Shown: one piece after another, positions 37,967-49,695 of the stretch | Layout: each line of letters opens with the position of its first letter | Numbering within the stretch: position 1 is the first letter of the stretch | DNA from: Takakia lepidozioides | Taxonomy: Eukaryota; Plantae; Bryophyta | Assembly: GCA_030704615.1 (NCBI GenBank) | Contig: CM060734.1 | Coordinates: forward strand, 1,736,001 to 1,800,000 | DNA length: 64,000 nucleotides | Direction of reading: 5' to 3' | Program-made: the position numbers and the translations under genes | The notes under the pieces: generated by a model | Seen by the model: only the letters and a program-made list of their open reading frames with translations | Told to the model about the DNA's origin: nothing | The model's database searches: none

Positions 37967-38684
37967 TGTCGCGGCCCTTTGCCTTGAGGGCAGGGGGTCG
38001 GGACACATGAGGGGCTGCCCCTGTGGTGGGGGCAGCGGCAGCGATAGGTATGGGGGGCTGAAGCACCCTTGAGTGCCCAAGGCACTCAGGGAAGCGGAGG
38101 CGCTCACTAGGTGGAGCCCCGCACACCGGGTTGCGGTGGGGGTGGCTCCACAAGGGGTGGTGGTAGCTTAGGGGACTTAGTGGGGGTGGCATAGGACTCA
38201 CCATGGGGCGGAGACCTCGTGGTGGGAGTCGTGGGAGTCTTGGGACTCATCACGGTCCATAGGGGCCGTGGTGAGTGGGCCAAGACTCACCGCGACTCAC
38301 CACCGGGAATCGAGGGTTTCGTGGTGGTTCGCCATAAAATGGCATGGCTGGTTGTGAAAACCCCGCGGACAGCTACAGAAGTATATATAGGGAGTAGTAA
38401 CCCCGAGAACGGTGCAAGCCCGTTGGTGACCAAAAACTAGTGAGTAAGCGAGCGAGCCGGAAAGCGACCAAAGAGTGGGGAGCTGTTCCGGACTGCCATC
38501 TACCAAAGGGAATTCTCCTAGTCCCAATAGGTGGAGGGTTTAGGGAAGCGAAAGGGGACCGTTATGTCCCGGTGAGCAGCCGAAGCTCCAAGTTGGCCCG
38601 GCGGCCAGGTTGGGAGTCAGGCGCGCGCATCAAAGCGAGTAACTATGACTTGAAGGGGAGCTTACCGAAGTGAGGTGCGCGACA
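37967..38684 (+). repeat. C1 5' LTR
   Basis: Direct repeat of 44192-44914. Confidence 0.95.
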
Positions 38685-38686
38685 CT

Positions 38687-38698
38687 TGGTATCAGAGC
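38687..38698 (+). promoter_or_regulatory. C1 primer binding site (tRNA-iMet)
   Basis: TGGTATCAGAGC, 2 nt after the LTR. Confidence 0.95.
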
Positions 38699-38739
38699 TT
38701 AGAGTTCAGTACGCGATCGTCCTTGGGATTGGCCTCATC

Positions 38740-41700
38740 ATGGGGTCGGGCAAGCCGAAGCGAAAGCGGAACGGCCCAAAAGATGATGATCCCGGTGAGC
38801 CCGATGGGGGCGACGTGTCACCGAGGCGGCCGTTTGAGGAAGCGATGCATGTTTCCGAAAACGAGGCCGCTCAAGAGCGGGAGGAATCCGAGGAGTCGGA
38901 GCCCGAGGAATCCTTGAGAGCTCCGACAAACCAAGAGATGCCTCCCATGCCGGCAGCCTTTTGGGAAGGGTTGTTGGCGCAGTTTGGCGGGACGTTGAAA
39001 GACGTGTTGAAGGCGGCTAATGCCACTTCCACTAAGGCAAAGTTTAAGGTGAAGCCTAAGGAACCCGGCACCTTCGAGGGCGTCCGAAATCGGAAGGCAC
39101 TCAACACCTGGCTCTTGGAGCTAGAGCAGTACTTCCGGGCGGCCAAGTTGAGTGACGAGGATCGGGTGGAAGTGGCTCCCACCTATTTGAGGGGCTATGC
39201 TCAACAATGGTGGCAGAAACGCCTTCACGACCGAGGTCCAAGCCCGGAAACCTTGAACTGGAGTGGGTTCAAGGAATTGATGAAGAGACAGTTTGTGCCC
39301 CAACGCGTCCTGGCTTGCCCGGGACAAGATGAGGAATTTGAAGCAAACAGATGACATTCGGGGGTATGTCCAGGCTTTCAATGTGCTGTTGCTCGAAGTC
39401 GCGGACATGGCAGAACCAGAAATGGTCTTCAACTTTGTGGCGGGACTGGCCCCATGGGCCAGGCGGAAGTTGGAGGAGAAGCCACCCAAGACTTTGAACG
39501 AGGCATTGAGAGGGCTGAATGTTTCTCGGATGTCCCTAGGGGTGAAAGACAAGGCCGTACGGAGCTGAACCACAAGAAGACCCGGCGGGAAGGTGACTCC
39601 TTCCGACCGGAAAAGAAGTGGGATAGGCCACGCGGCGAAAATGGCACGTGGAAATCGAAGGGAGGGCCTTCACACGTCAAGGCGGCACCCGGTGCTTCGA
39701 AAGGAAAAGCGGGTGGAGCGGCTTATGGCGGACAGAAGGCGACCTTTGATGGAGTGTTTTCAATTGCGGGGAGCCCGGGCACATGGCCAAGAAGTGCACG
39801 AAGCCCCGCAATTGAACATGACTCGGGCGACCACGGAGCTGTCGGAAGATACCATCAGTCGCTTGGTGGAAGCGGTGGTCGCCAGGACTTGCAAGGTAGG
39901 CAAATTTCTTGTGAGTTGTATCAGGAAACTGGCGCCTTACGAAAAGGGAGTCAGTTATTGTTCGTGGATGGGATAATATCCGGAACTAATGTGTCGTTGT
40001 TGGTGGACACAGGAGCGTCGCACTCCTTCATGACACCGGCAACGGCACAAAAGCTGGGACTCCCGACAAGTGACGTGGGGGCCTCTATTGAGGTGCGTTC
40101 TGCCAAAGGAGAACCACAGTTGGCGACAAGGTTGGCGTTTGATGTTCCTCTTCAAACTGGGGAGTTGGGAGGGACGTGAGAACTTCACCATCTGCGAGAT
40201 CGATGGAGTGGATCTCATTTTGGGGATGACCTTTTTGAGCAAATCCGGAGCGGTCATAGATGGCCGCAAGAGAGTAGTCACGCTGCCATGTGGGAATGGT
40301 GGCGAGGTTTACGAGTGTCGGAAACGCCCAAATCCGTGGGAGGGCGAATAACCTTCTGTCAGCAAAGGAGTGGGCCGTGGAGGAGGCACACGAGCCCCAG
40401 TTTTTGCTTTACATTAGAGAAGTGAAAGGAGAAGGCGATGGGGAGCCGAGCCCAGATTGGATCAAGGGGATTTTGGAGAAATACCAGGATGTGATGCCGG
40501 AGGATTTACCAAGCGGCTTGCCACCGCGAAGAGGAGTTGACCACAAGATTGAGGTGATACCGGGATCGGAACCGCCTGCCAAGGCGCCCTACCGGTTGAG
40601 CCACAGAGAGTTGGTCGAGCTGAAGACTCAGCTCAAGGATCTAATGTCAAAGGGGTACATCCGGCCGAGTAAGTCACCTTACGGAGCCCCGGTGCTATTC
40701 GCAGACAAGAAGGATGGGACGCTGCGGATGTGTGTCGATTACAGGGCTCTGAATAAGGTGACTATCAAAAACCGGTACCCTTTGCCAAGGATCGACGACC
40801 TCTTCGATCGGTTGGCAGGAGCGAAGTATTTCAGCCGGATCGACTTGCGCTCCGGCTATCACCAAATTCGGGTGGCGGAAGGAGATGAGGAGAAGACCGC
40901 GTGCAGGACAAGGTATGGTTCATATGAGTTCTTGGTGATGCCTTTTGGGCTCACCAATGCACCAGCGACATTTAGCACGCTGATGAACAGCCTTTTCCAG
41001 GAGTGGTTGGATGACTTTGTGATCGTGTACATCGACGACATCTTGGTGTACTCGAAACAAAGGAGGAGCACCTGGAGCACCTCAAAAGGGTGTTCCAAAA
41101 ATTGCGAGAAGGGAAGCTGTATGCCAAAGCTTCAAAGTGCGAATTCGGGGTCACAAAAGTGGTTCTTGGGGCATGTGATTACACAGGATGGGATCAAAAT
41201 GGATGACAGAAAGGTGAGGGCGATCTTGGACTGGGAGCCTCCGACTTCGGTCCCGGGAGTGCGATCCTTCCTAGGACTCGCCTCCTATTACCGGAAGTAT
41301 GTGAGAAATTTCGCCAAGATCGCGGGGCCGCTGTCGGACCTTCTGTGTAAATCCAAAGTCTGGGCATGGAACACCTTTTGTGGCCAAGCTTTTGCTGAAT
41401 TGAAGCAGCGGATGGCGGAAGCTCCAGTCTTGAAAATCCCGGAGTTCGATCGTCCATTTGAGATTCATACAGATGCGTCGGACTTCGCGATTGGGGGTGT
41501 ACTTATGCAAGATGGACGTCCAGTGGCTTACGAAAGTAAGAAACTGAATGAAGTGGAGCGACGGTGGCCGACGCACGAAAAAGAGATGAAGGCGGTGGTG
41601 CATTGCCTTGAGCTCTGGCGCCACTATGTTGGTTCCAACCCAGTGAAGGTGTTCACGGACAATGTCACGGTGAAGTATTTTGCCACGCAGCCAAGTTGTC

Positions 41701-43286
41701 CCCAAAACAACTTAGGTGGCAAGATACTTTGGCAGTGTTCGACGTGGATATCCAGTACAAACCGGGACGGGACAATGTGGTGGCCGATGCTTTAAGTAGA
41801 AAGCAGCAGCTCTTGTTGGTGTACAAGGGCGAGACGGCGCTCCAAAGGAAGATCCGGAAGGCTTGCCGGAAGGATGAGCTGGCGAAGTCCGTGATGCAGG
41901 ACTTGAGGATGGGGGTTAAATCGCAGTTCCACTTGCAAAATGGACTGCTCCGGTATAAGCAAAAGCGTCTCTACGTGCCGAAGGGAGGGATCAGAGATAG
42001 TCTCTTGAGAGAATGCCATGATAGCCCGCTTGCGGGCCACGGCGGAGCCAAGCGCACTGCGGCACTCTTGAAGAAAGAGTATTTCTGGCCCAAACTGAGG
42101 GAGGAGGCAGAGGAGTATGTCAAGACATGCACCACATGCCAACAAAACCGGAGCGAGTACAAAAAGCAAGCGGGGCTGTTACAACCCTTGCCGATTCCAG
42201 AGGGGACTTGGGAAAGCGTCTCGATGGATTTCATGACTGCTATGCCGCTGTCAAAAGGATTCGATGCAATCATGGTGGTGGTAGATAGGTTCAGTAAAAT
42301 GGGCCATTTCATCCCCACCAAGGAGACGGCAACGGCGCAGGAGACAGGGCGACTTTACTTCGCCCACGTCTTAAAGCATCATGGAGTCCCGAAGGATATT
42401 GTCTCGGACCGCGATCCAAAGTTTACGAGTAAATTTGGAGAGCACTTTGGAAGAAGAGGGACGAGGCTGAAGATGAGCACCGCCTTCCGACCTACGACGG
42501 ACGGCCAAACGGAAAGAGTGAATTCCGTAGTGAAGCAATTCTTGCGGAATTACGTGTCGGCAGACCAATCAGACTGGATGGAACACTTAGACGCGGCAGA
42601 GTTCTGTTATAATAACACAGAACACTCCGCAACGGGAGTTTCCCCTTTGTGTTGGTCTATGGAAAAGCACCTCTGGTGCCGACAAGTTGGGCCGCCCAGG
42701 ACGTTGAGGAACCGGCAGTAGCGGCGGTACTGGAAGAACGCGAGCGTTTGTTGAAGCTCGCAAAGTACAACATTGCCAAAGCTAGGAAACGGTATGAAAG
42801 GCAGGCGAATCGGAAGCGGAGGGAAGTGAAGTTTGAGGCAGGCACAGAGGTCTGGTTGAACATCAAGAATTTCCGACTACCTCCGGAAGTGAGTCCGAAG
42901 TTCGTACCTCCGTATGCGGGACCCTTTCGCATTCGGAAGGTTATGAATGAGGATGTGTATGAATTGGAGCTGCCGGCAAACAGCAAGGTGCACCCAGTAT
43001 TCCATGTCTCCCTTTTGAAGCCTTACTTCAAAGATGAAGCGCGTCCGAATCGGCATCAAGTGTTGCGTCCGCCACCTATGCTGTTGGATCATGAAAATGA
43101 ACCTGAGTACGAGGTGGAGGCAATACTTAAGTCGAGGAGGTTCAGAACCGAGAAACGGAGTATCTCGTCAAATGGAAGGGCTATCATCATGTGGAGGCAT
43201 CTTGGGTGCGTGCCTCAGAAATGGGAAACGCATCCGAGGCGGTTGCAGCTTTCGAAGGGCGACCTCAAAAGCGGAAGAAGCGTTGA
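38740..43286 (+). CDS. gag-pol: C1 gag-pol with C-terminal chromodomain (frameshifted in this assembly)
   Basis: PKEPGTFEG..YLRGYAQQWW; LLVDTGASHSF; LRMCVDYRALNK, YIDDILVYS; TDASDFAIGGVL; CHDSPLAGHGG..CTTC, SMDFM, SDRDPKF, DGQTERVN; EYEVEAILKSR..YLVKWKGY. Confidence 0.93.
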
Positions 43287-44191
43287 TGGGGACATCAACC
43301 TTGGAGCGTGGGGGAGGAAATGCATGCTTAGCCCGGTTTAGCTAGCTCAGGAATCCGATTGCAAAAAACTTGTATTGTACAAAAATTTGTTATAAAGGAA
43401 ATGGGTTCCAAATATTGTGCGTCCTATTTGTTTGGAATGGTGATGCATGGTGTGGTTGGCTAGTGTGTAGAATGCATGCTAGCTTACAAAAGTGGGAGAG
43501 GTAAATTGGGTTAATCGTGTGTTTGCGCAGTGCCGAAATCGGGTGACCCCATCCAAGGGGCAAGGAAACTTGCGCCTTCTTTGGGAGTTCACGTGCTAGT
43601 GCGCACCTGGCGCGTGCGCGTACTATAACTGCGCTACCGAGGGGGTTGCCTTGTAGTGCGGGCTAACGCGGAAGCTACGTGCTTCCGTTCACGTACTATA
43701 ATCGTGTAGCCTCGGGACGAAGTCGTAGTGCGGCTTCGGCGTGTTCCCGTACCTCAGGCCAGCATTCCAAGGCGGACCCAATTGTAGTGATTGGGGCGCA
43801 CGGTTGGTTCAAGGTTATCTTCCTAGTCAAAGAGGGTTCCAGGTGAACCCTTGCTCAAGGTGATGCCAAAAGCGGCATCATGAGCGATCGCAAGCAATGT
43901 TGTTGCAGTAAGGCGATTCGATCCTCGGGGAGGATCGTTCCTTGGCCTTGAAGTAGGCCAAGAAGAGTGCACTGGGAGGAGCTGGAGAGGCTCCACCCTT
44001 GGCCGGGACTTGGAGGAAGTCGGCCGAACTAGCTAGTGGAGAGTAGAGTCAAGTGTGGGGTTTGGTTCTTTGCCATGGGACGCCATGGTACGGAAACAAA
44101 CTCCTTGATGTGGGACGCCACAACTTGGATGTTCGTTTCTACAAAATGGACAAGTCGATGAGGACATCGACTCCCTGTTGGTAGGGGTGTG

Positions 44192-44914
44192 TGTCGCGGC
44201 CCTTTGCCTTGAGGGCAGGGGGTCGGGACACATGAGGGGCTGCCCCTGTGGTGGGGGCAGCGGCAGCGATAGGTATGGGGGCTGAAGCACCCTTGAGTGC
44301 CCAAGGCACTCAGGAAGCGGAGGCGCTCACTAGGTGGAGCCCCGCACACCGGGTTGCGGTGGGGGTGGCTCCACAAGGGGTGGTGGTAGCTTAGTGGGAC
44401 TTAGTGGGGGTGGCATAGGACTCACCATGGGGGCGGAGACCTCGTGGTGGGAGTCGTGGGGAGTCTTGGGACTCATCACGGTCCATAGGGGCCGTGGTGA
44501 GCGGGCCAAGACTCACCGCGACTCACCACCGGGAATCGAGGGTTTCGTGGTGGTTCGCCATAAAATGGCATGGCTGGTTGTGAAACCCCGCGGACAGCTA
44601 CAGAAGTATATATAGGGAGTAGTAACCCCGAGAACGGTGCAAGCCCGTTGGTGACCAAAAACTAGTGAGTAAGCGAGCGAGCCGGAAAGCGACCAAAGAG
44701 TGGGGAGCTGTTCCGGACTGCCATCTACCAAAGGGAATTCTCCTAGTCCCAATTAGGTGGAGGGTTTTAGAGGGAAGCGAAAGGGGGACCGTTATGTCCC
44801 GGTGAGCAGCCGAAGCTCCAAGTTGGCCCGGCGGCCAGGTTGGGAGTCAGGCGCGCGCATCAAAGCGAGTAACTATGACTTGAAGGGGAGTTTACCGAAG
44901 TGGGGTGCGCGACA
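44192..44914 (+). repeat. C1 3' LTR
   Basis: Direct repeat of 37967-38684. Confidence 0.95.
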
Positions 44915-44919
44915 AAGTC

Positions 44920-47900
44920 CGGTCGTGGCTTGGGTTAGCAGTGTTGCTGGATGCAGCAACAGTGGGGTCATTGGCTCATCGTCCACGGCTATGGTGGACT
45001 AACTTGATGCCACCCACACTGCTCAAGCGTGCATTTGATGGGGTGCAGCGGCCAGCACACCTCACAGTGGATAGCATTTTGGACACAGGGAGGCAGTCTC
45101 AACGTGTGAGACATGATGACTGTTCGCCTTTGGCAGTGGTCAACAGGGTGGGTCAATCACGAGCAGCATTACCTACACTGCTCAGCTTCCCAGGATCCCA
45201 TGCTTTTCGGGATGGTGGACCTGGCCTCTTGTGGGATAGCCAATTGCAACAATTAGTGGAGCCCAATGCTGACGAGCGCGAGCGGGCGATGGGTTTTACC
45301 ACAGGTACCACGGCGGTGTCATCCCTTTCTGAGGCATCATGTCGTCAGGTGTTGGGGCAAGCAATGGAACTCAATTGCTTGACCTGGATTATCAGCTTGG
45401 CTATGGCTGAGCAGCGCAGAGTACGGAGTACACTTCCCTTCATGGTCTCCCTGCCTACCGAGACGATACAGGCAGCGAGTGGGGGCGAGCAGGTGAGGAC
45501 CACGAGGTGCAGGCCGCATCCATGGCACATGTGGGAGGTGCTCGAGGTTCAGAAGGAGTTGGCAGCCAAGGCGGCGGTGATGGATCAGGATGGGGATTTT
45601 TCTCGGATTAAGGAGGTCCTCAAGGATAGGATGATGGGGCAGGATGAGACATTGTCACTGACAGAGGAGGTAGTGGTCACTGCTCAAGAGGTTGCAGCAT
45701 AGCAACCACGGGACGCGTCTTCTACCTCTAAGCCTGCTGGACTCAAGGTTGCAGTCACGGAGGACAACTGGGAGTTGATGTTGGACCTATAGTCACCGGA
45801 GGAGAGAGACGACGTATACGGTGGTTCTTGAGGGCTTACAGGAACTGCTTTGCCTTCAGTTTGAAGGACTTAGGAGCACTGAAGGGTCAAGAGATTCGCA
45901 TTGAATTGGCTACTGACACGCCAATCTTTCGGAGACCCTATAGATACATTGACATGGAGAGGTCCTTGATTCAGATGAGAACTCAGGACCTTTGGGAGGC
46001 TGGTTTGGTGGAGCTATCTGGGGGAGAGTATGCTTCAGCCACAGTGATGCCAGCCAAGAAGGATGTCTTTGGCAATTGGACGGAGAGACGTATGTGCGGT
46101 GATTACCGGCCTGTAAATCGTCAGACCAAGTCCGATAGGTATGCCATGCCAACACCAGAGGAGATCTTTGATGCCATTGGGCATGCCAAGGTCTTTAGCA
46201 CGTTGGATTTACGATCCGGATATCACCAGTTGCCGATCAAGGAGGCGGATAAGCAAAAAGACGACATTCTGGGGGATCAATGAGCACGGGAAGGATTGCC
46301 TATACCAGTGGCGGTTCTTACCATTTGGGCTTAAGAACGCTCCGGCAGAGTTTCAGATAGTCATGGACAGGATTCTAGCAGGGGTGGAGTTTGCTCGGTG
46401 CTACATAGATGACATCATCATCTTTAGTGCTACAGTGGAAGAGCATGAGAGACACCTTCAGGGGTATTTGAGCGCTTGAGGACGCACGGATTGAAGTTAC
46501 ATCCGGGAAAGTGCAAGTTTTTCCACAACCAGATTGAGTATCTGGGTCACATGATATATCCTAGAGGATTGGGGGTACAACAGACTAAGGTAGAGTCCAT
46601 TGCACAGGTTCCACGCCCCATGGATGTGAGCCGAGTTCGAGCTTTCATGGGGTTAGCAAACTATTATAGATGGTTTGTTAAGGGATTTAGTGCCATTGCA
46701 AAAGCTCTAACCAAGCTGACCAAGGTGGACCAGGAGTGGCAGTGGGAAGATGAGCAAGAACAAGCTTTTCAAGAGCTCAATGCGAGGTTGACCTCGGCGC
46801 CCATCTTGAGACGACCTATCAGGGGGCGTCCTTTTCAGCTGCATACAAATTGGAGCATGCTGGGGCTTGGAGCGGTGCTCACACAGGTGGATGATGAGGG
46901 AAGAGAGTTCGTAGTGGCTTATGCTAGCCGCTTGAACAACGTTGCAGAGTCTAAGTATAGCTCATATGAGGGAGAATGCTTAGCTGCAGTGTGGGCCGTG
47001 GCACACTTCAGGTGCTATCTATACGGCAATCTCTTCACCCTTGTCACGGATCACCAACCACTCAAGTGGTTGATGGAGTCAGACAAGCTTATGGGGAAGC
47101 TTGCACGGTGGGCACTCATCCTTCGAGTATGACTTTCAGGTGGTGCATCGACCGGGTTTGGTCAATCGCAATGCAGATGGGTTGAGTCGCAATCCATGCA
47201 CGAGCCAGCAGGATGACACTGGAGCTCAGTGGCATGGTGAGACGGACGAGGAGATGGTGCCGGATGGCATGCATCTGCATTTCTGTGTATCTTGGCAGCG
47301 AAAGGCCAGGTTGGACCTGCAACAGGGATGACTGTAGATCAAGTGTCTGAGGACCCTGAGGCCAGCAATGAGCAAGGTGGCGCCAAAGATATACATGAGG
47401 ATTCAGTAGTGTTGGACTACCTCCGCACTGGAGACACTACAGCCACTGTGACTGCCAAGGAGAGGGATCGGATCCTACAACGAGCCAAGAGGTTCAAGTG
47501 AGAGGGGACACACCTGCTCCGAGTGTGGGAGGATGGTTGAGTGAGGATTGTGCCTCACCCAACACAGTGGGCACGGTTAGTGCGGCATGCCCATGAGGAG
47601 TTGGGGCATTTTGGGGTGCGACGCACTCATAGTCTACTACAGGGGCAGTATTGGTGGCGTGGTATGCACACAGAGGTGCAACAATTTGTGGCTAGGTGCA
47701 TGGTGTGTGACAGGGTGCGTGCTTCATTCAACGCCCCTACTCCACAATTGCACCCTCTTCCGATCATGGGATTGGGCTACAGGTGGAGTCTTGACTTCGC
47801 AGGGCCGTTGCCACTGACCATGCGCCACAACAAGTACGTGTTGGTGATGGTGGAGCACTTCTCCAAGTGGATTGAATTGGTTCCATTGCCTCATAAGGCT

Positions 47901-48833
47901 AGTGAGGGAGCTGCGTATGCATTCTTGGATTGTATGCTTAGCCGATTCGGTGCTCCAGCTGAGGTACTCACGGACCAAGGGAGAGAGTTCTTGGGGGAGT
48001 TTCAGGCTTTGTGTGACAAGGCCTTGATAGACCACCGCACCACTTCTCGGGATCATCCTGAGGCCGATGGCTTGGCAGAGAGAGTTGTTCAGACAGTAAA
48101 GAGGGGTTTGCGCAAGTATGGCTTGCAGAAGGGACACCTAGGAGATTGGGACCTTCAGTTACCCTAGTTAGCCATGGGCTACAGGTTCAGCAAGCAAGCA
48201 TCACTTGCCTCCTTCTCACCATACTTTCTTCTCTTTGGCCGAGAGTCGGATTTGCCTACATCCATTCGCAGAGAAGCTGCTACAGTTCTTAACCTTGACG
48301 ATCCGGATGTGTGGGCACGTGCATGTGAGCAGCGTGCAGAGTTGTTCAAGAAAGTCATGCCCATGGCTTTCGAGAACCTTGCCATTGCACAACATCGTGA
48401 TACGTTGAGGTATGCTACCATACGTGGTGGGGGCTATCGTCTTGGGGTTCGGAGATTCAACCCTGGTGACTATGTTTATCTGCAGCAGACTGCTCCTACG
48501 ACCTTGGATGTGACTGCAGGACGTACTATTTTGAGGGTTCGAGAGGTGTTGCCCTCAGGATTCCTGATCTTGGAGGGTCGGGATGGCATGATTTGGAAGG
48601 ACCATGTGCGTAATTGCGTGCCATGTCACCTTCCAAATGTTGATGGAAGGGTTAACCCAAACCTGGCAGTGGTACCTGCAAGTTTGAGGTGCATGTTGTG
48701 TGAGTCTGCTAGAGGGGCAGCCACCATGCTGGTGTGTGATCAATGCTCTAGAGGTTGGCATATGGGATGCTTGACTCCACCTCTTGAGATGGTTCCTGAT
48801 GGGGATTGGTTATGTCCGCATTGCATTGGATAG
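44920..48833 (+). pseudogene. pol: P1 DNMT C-terminal half, RT, RNase H, integrase, PHD finger
   Basis: LDAATVGSLAHRPRLWWTNL, ERERAMGF..RQVLGQAMELN, CYIDDIIIF, VTDHQPL, SLDFAGP/LTDQG/GLAER, CMLCES..CDQC..HMGC..WLCPHC; several in-frame stops. Confidence 0.93.
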
Positions 48834-49079
48834 TGGGAGTGGATACAACCATGGAAGGCTAACAAGAAATGCAAGGCCAAGCTACTAGGAGACCAACACA
48901 CGAGATCCTGACTCAAGTTCACAGATTGCAAGACGGCAACTAACGATAGGGTTGCTCTTGTACCCGACCTCTTGGTCTATAGAGTTTGAGTACAATAGGG
49001 ACAGTGATAGAGGACTTAGTACGGCTGTGGCTATTACATCTTGTAGCTATCTGGAGTTAGAGGGACCTAACCACCAGCT

Positions 49080-49695
49080 AGGGGGGCGATTGTGGTATAG
49101 CTTTCTAGGATTGTGTGCTTAGATTGTGTGGTGGACAGCGATGTATGTTGTGGCACGATGCTTAAGTGCACGACAGCTGTCATGGTTTTAGTCATGGTTA
49201 TCTAGAATGACCTACTTCTAGTTAACTAGGACATTTTAGATATTTATATTTATATTTTGTGTGTTGGGACTTCATTTGGTCTCACATGCCAAGTGAGGTG
49301 TCGAGCCTCACTTGAGACATGGAGATAGGTTTTCCCCTTGTGAGTGTTGAGGAGGCTCATCTTCTTGTAGTTGAGCCTCCATGAGCTTCTCTCACCTCCA
49401 TAGCTCTAGGTATTGAGAGGGAGTGTGTTGAGGGCTTTGTAGGGTGGATTCCTTTAGCAAAGGTGCCCTTGGCTTGACTTAGTTTATGTGATAGAGTGGA
49501 TTTCACTTGGAAGGACTAGGGCTTGTTCTTCATGTGATTGCTTCATGCTTTGAGAGCTTTCATTGTCTTCTACTTCTCTCATTTCTCATCTCTTATCACT
49601 ACAAGAAGATTGTGGTATAGCTTTCTAGGATTGTGTGCTTAGATTGTGTGGTGGACAGCGATGTATGTTGTGGCACGATGCTTAGGTGCACGACA
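49080..49695 (+). repeat. P1 3' end: PPT (49080-49090), B1 (49091-49175), gc, A2 (49178-49598), 12-nt PBS copy (49599-49610), B2 (49611-49695)
   Basis: Read directly from the sequence; B1 and B2 differ at one base that I can see. Confidence 0.92.

Larger units (their letters stand above)
37967..44914 (+). mobile_element. C1: full-length chromovirus (Ty3/Gypsy, Galadriel-like) inserted in the P1 DNMT domain
   Basis: LTRs 37967-38684 and 44192-44914 (TGTCG..CGACA, nearly identical); 5-bp TSD AAGTC; tRNA-iMet PBS TGGTATCAGAGC. Clade assignment is tentative. Confidence 0.95.
15120..49695 (+). mobile_element. P1: Ty3/Gypsy retrotransposon with DNMT and PHD domains and split terminal repeats (A...B-gc-A-B); hosts M1 and C1 insertions
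   Basis: TGTCA at 15120 and CGACA at 49695; 4-bp TSD CGTT (15116-15119 and 49696-49699). Coding segments 18026-19524, 36144-37966 and 44920-48833 rejoin once the nested elements are removed. Confidence 0.9.

Noticed and set aside
38637-38650. GAGTAACTATGACT resembling a conserved LSU rRNA stretch
   Set aside because: Only 14 nt inside an LTR, with no flanking rRNA similarity.
15120-49695. DIRS/Ngaro tyrosine-recombinase element (suggested by split direct repeats and an MTase)
   Set aside because: It has an aspartic protease, HHCC-DDE integrase, PPT, TG..CA ends and TSDs; no YR motif was seen, and the MTase is C5-type rather than the DAM-like domain of DIRS.
49091-49695. Solo LTR (A) inserted into an LTR (B) by chance
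   Set aside because: B is duplicated in full with no short TSD around A, the same layout occurs in M1 with different sequences, and the TSDs flank A1 and B2.
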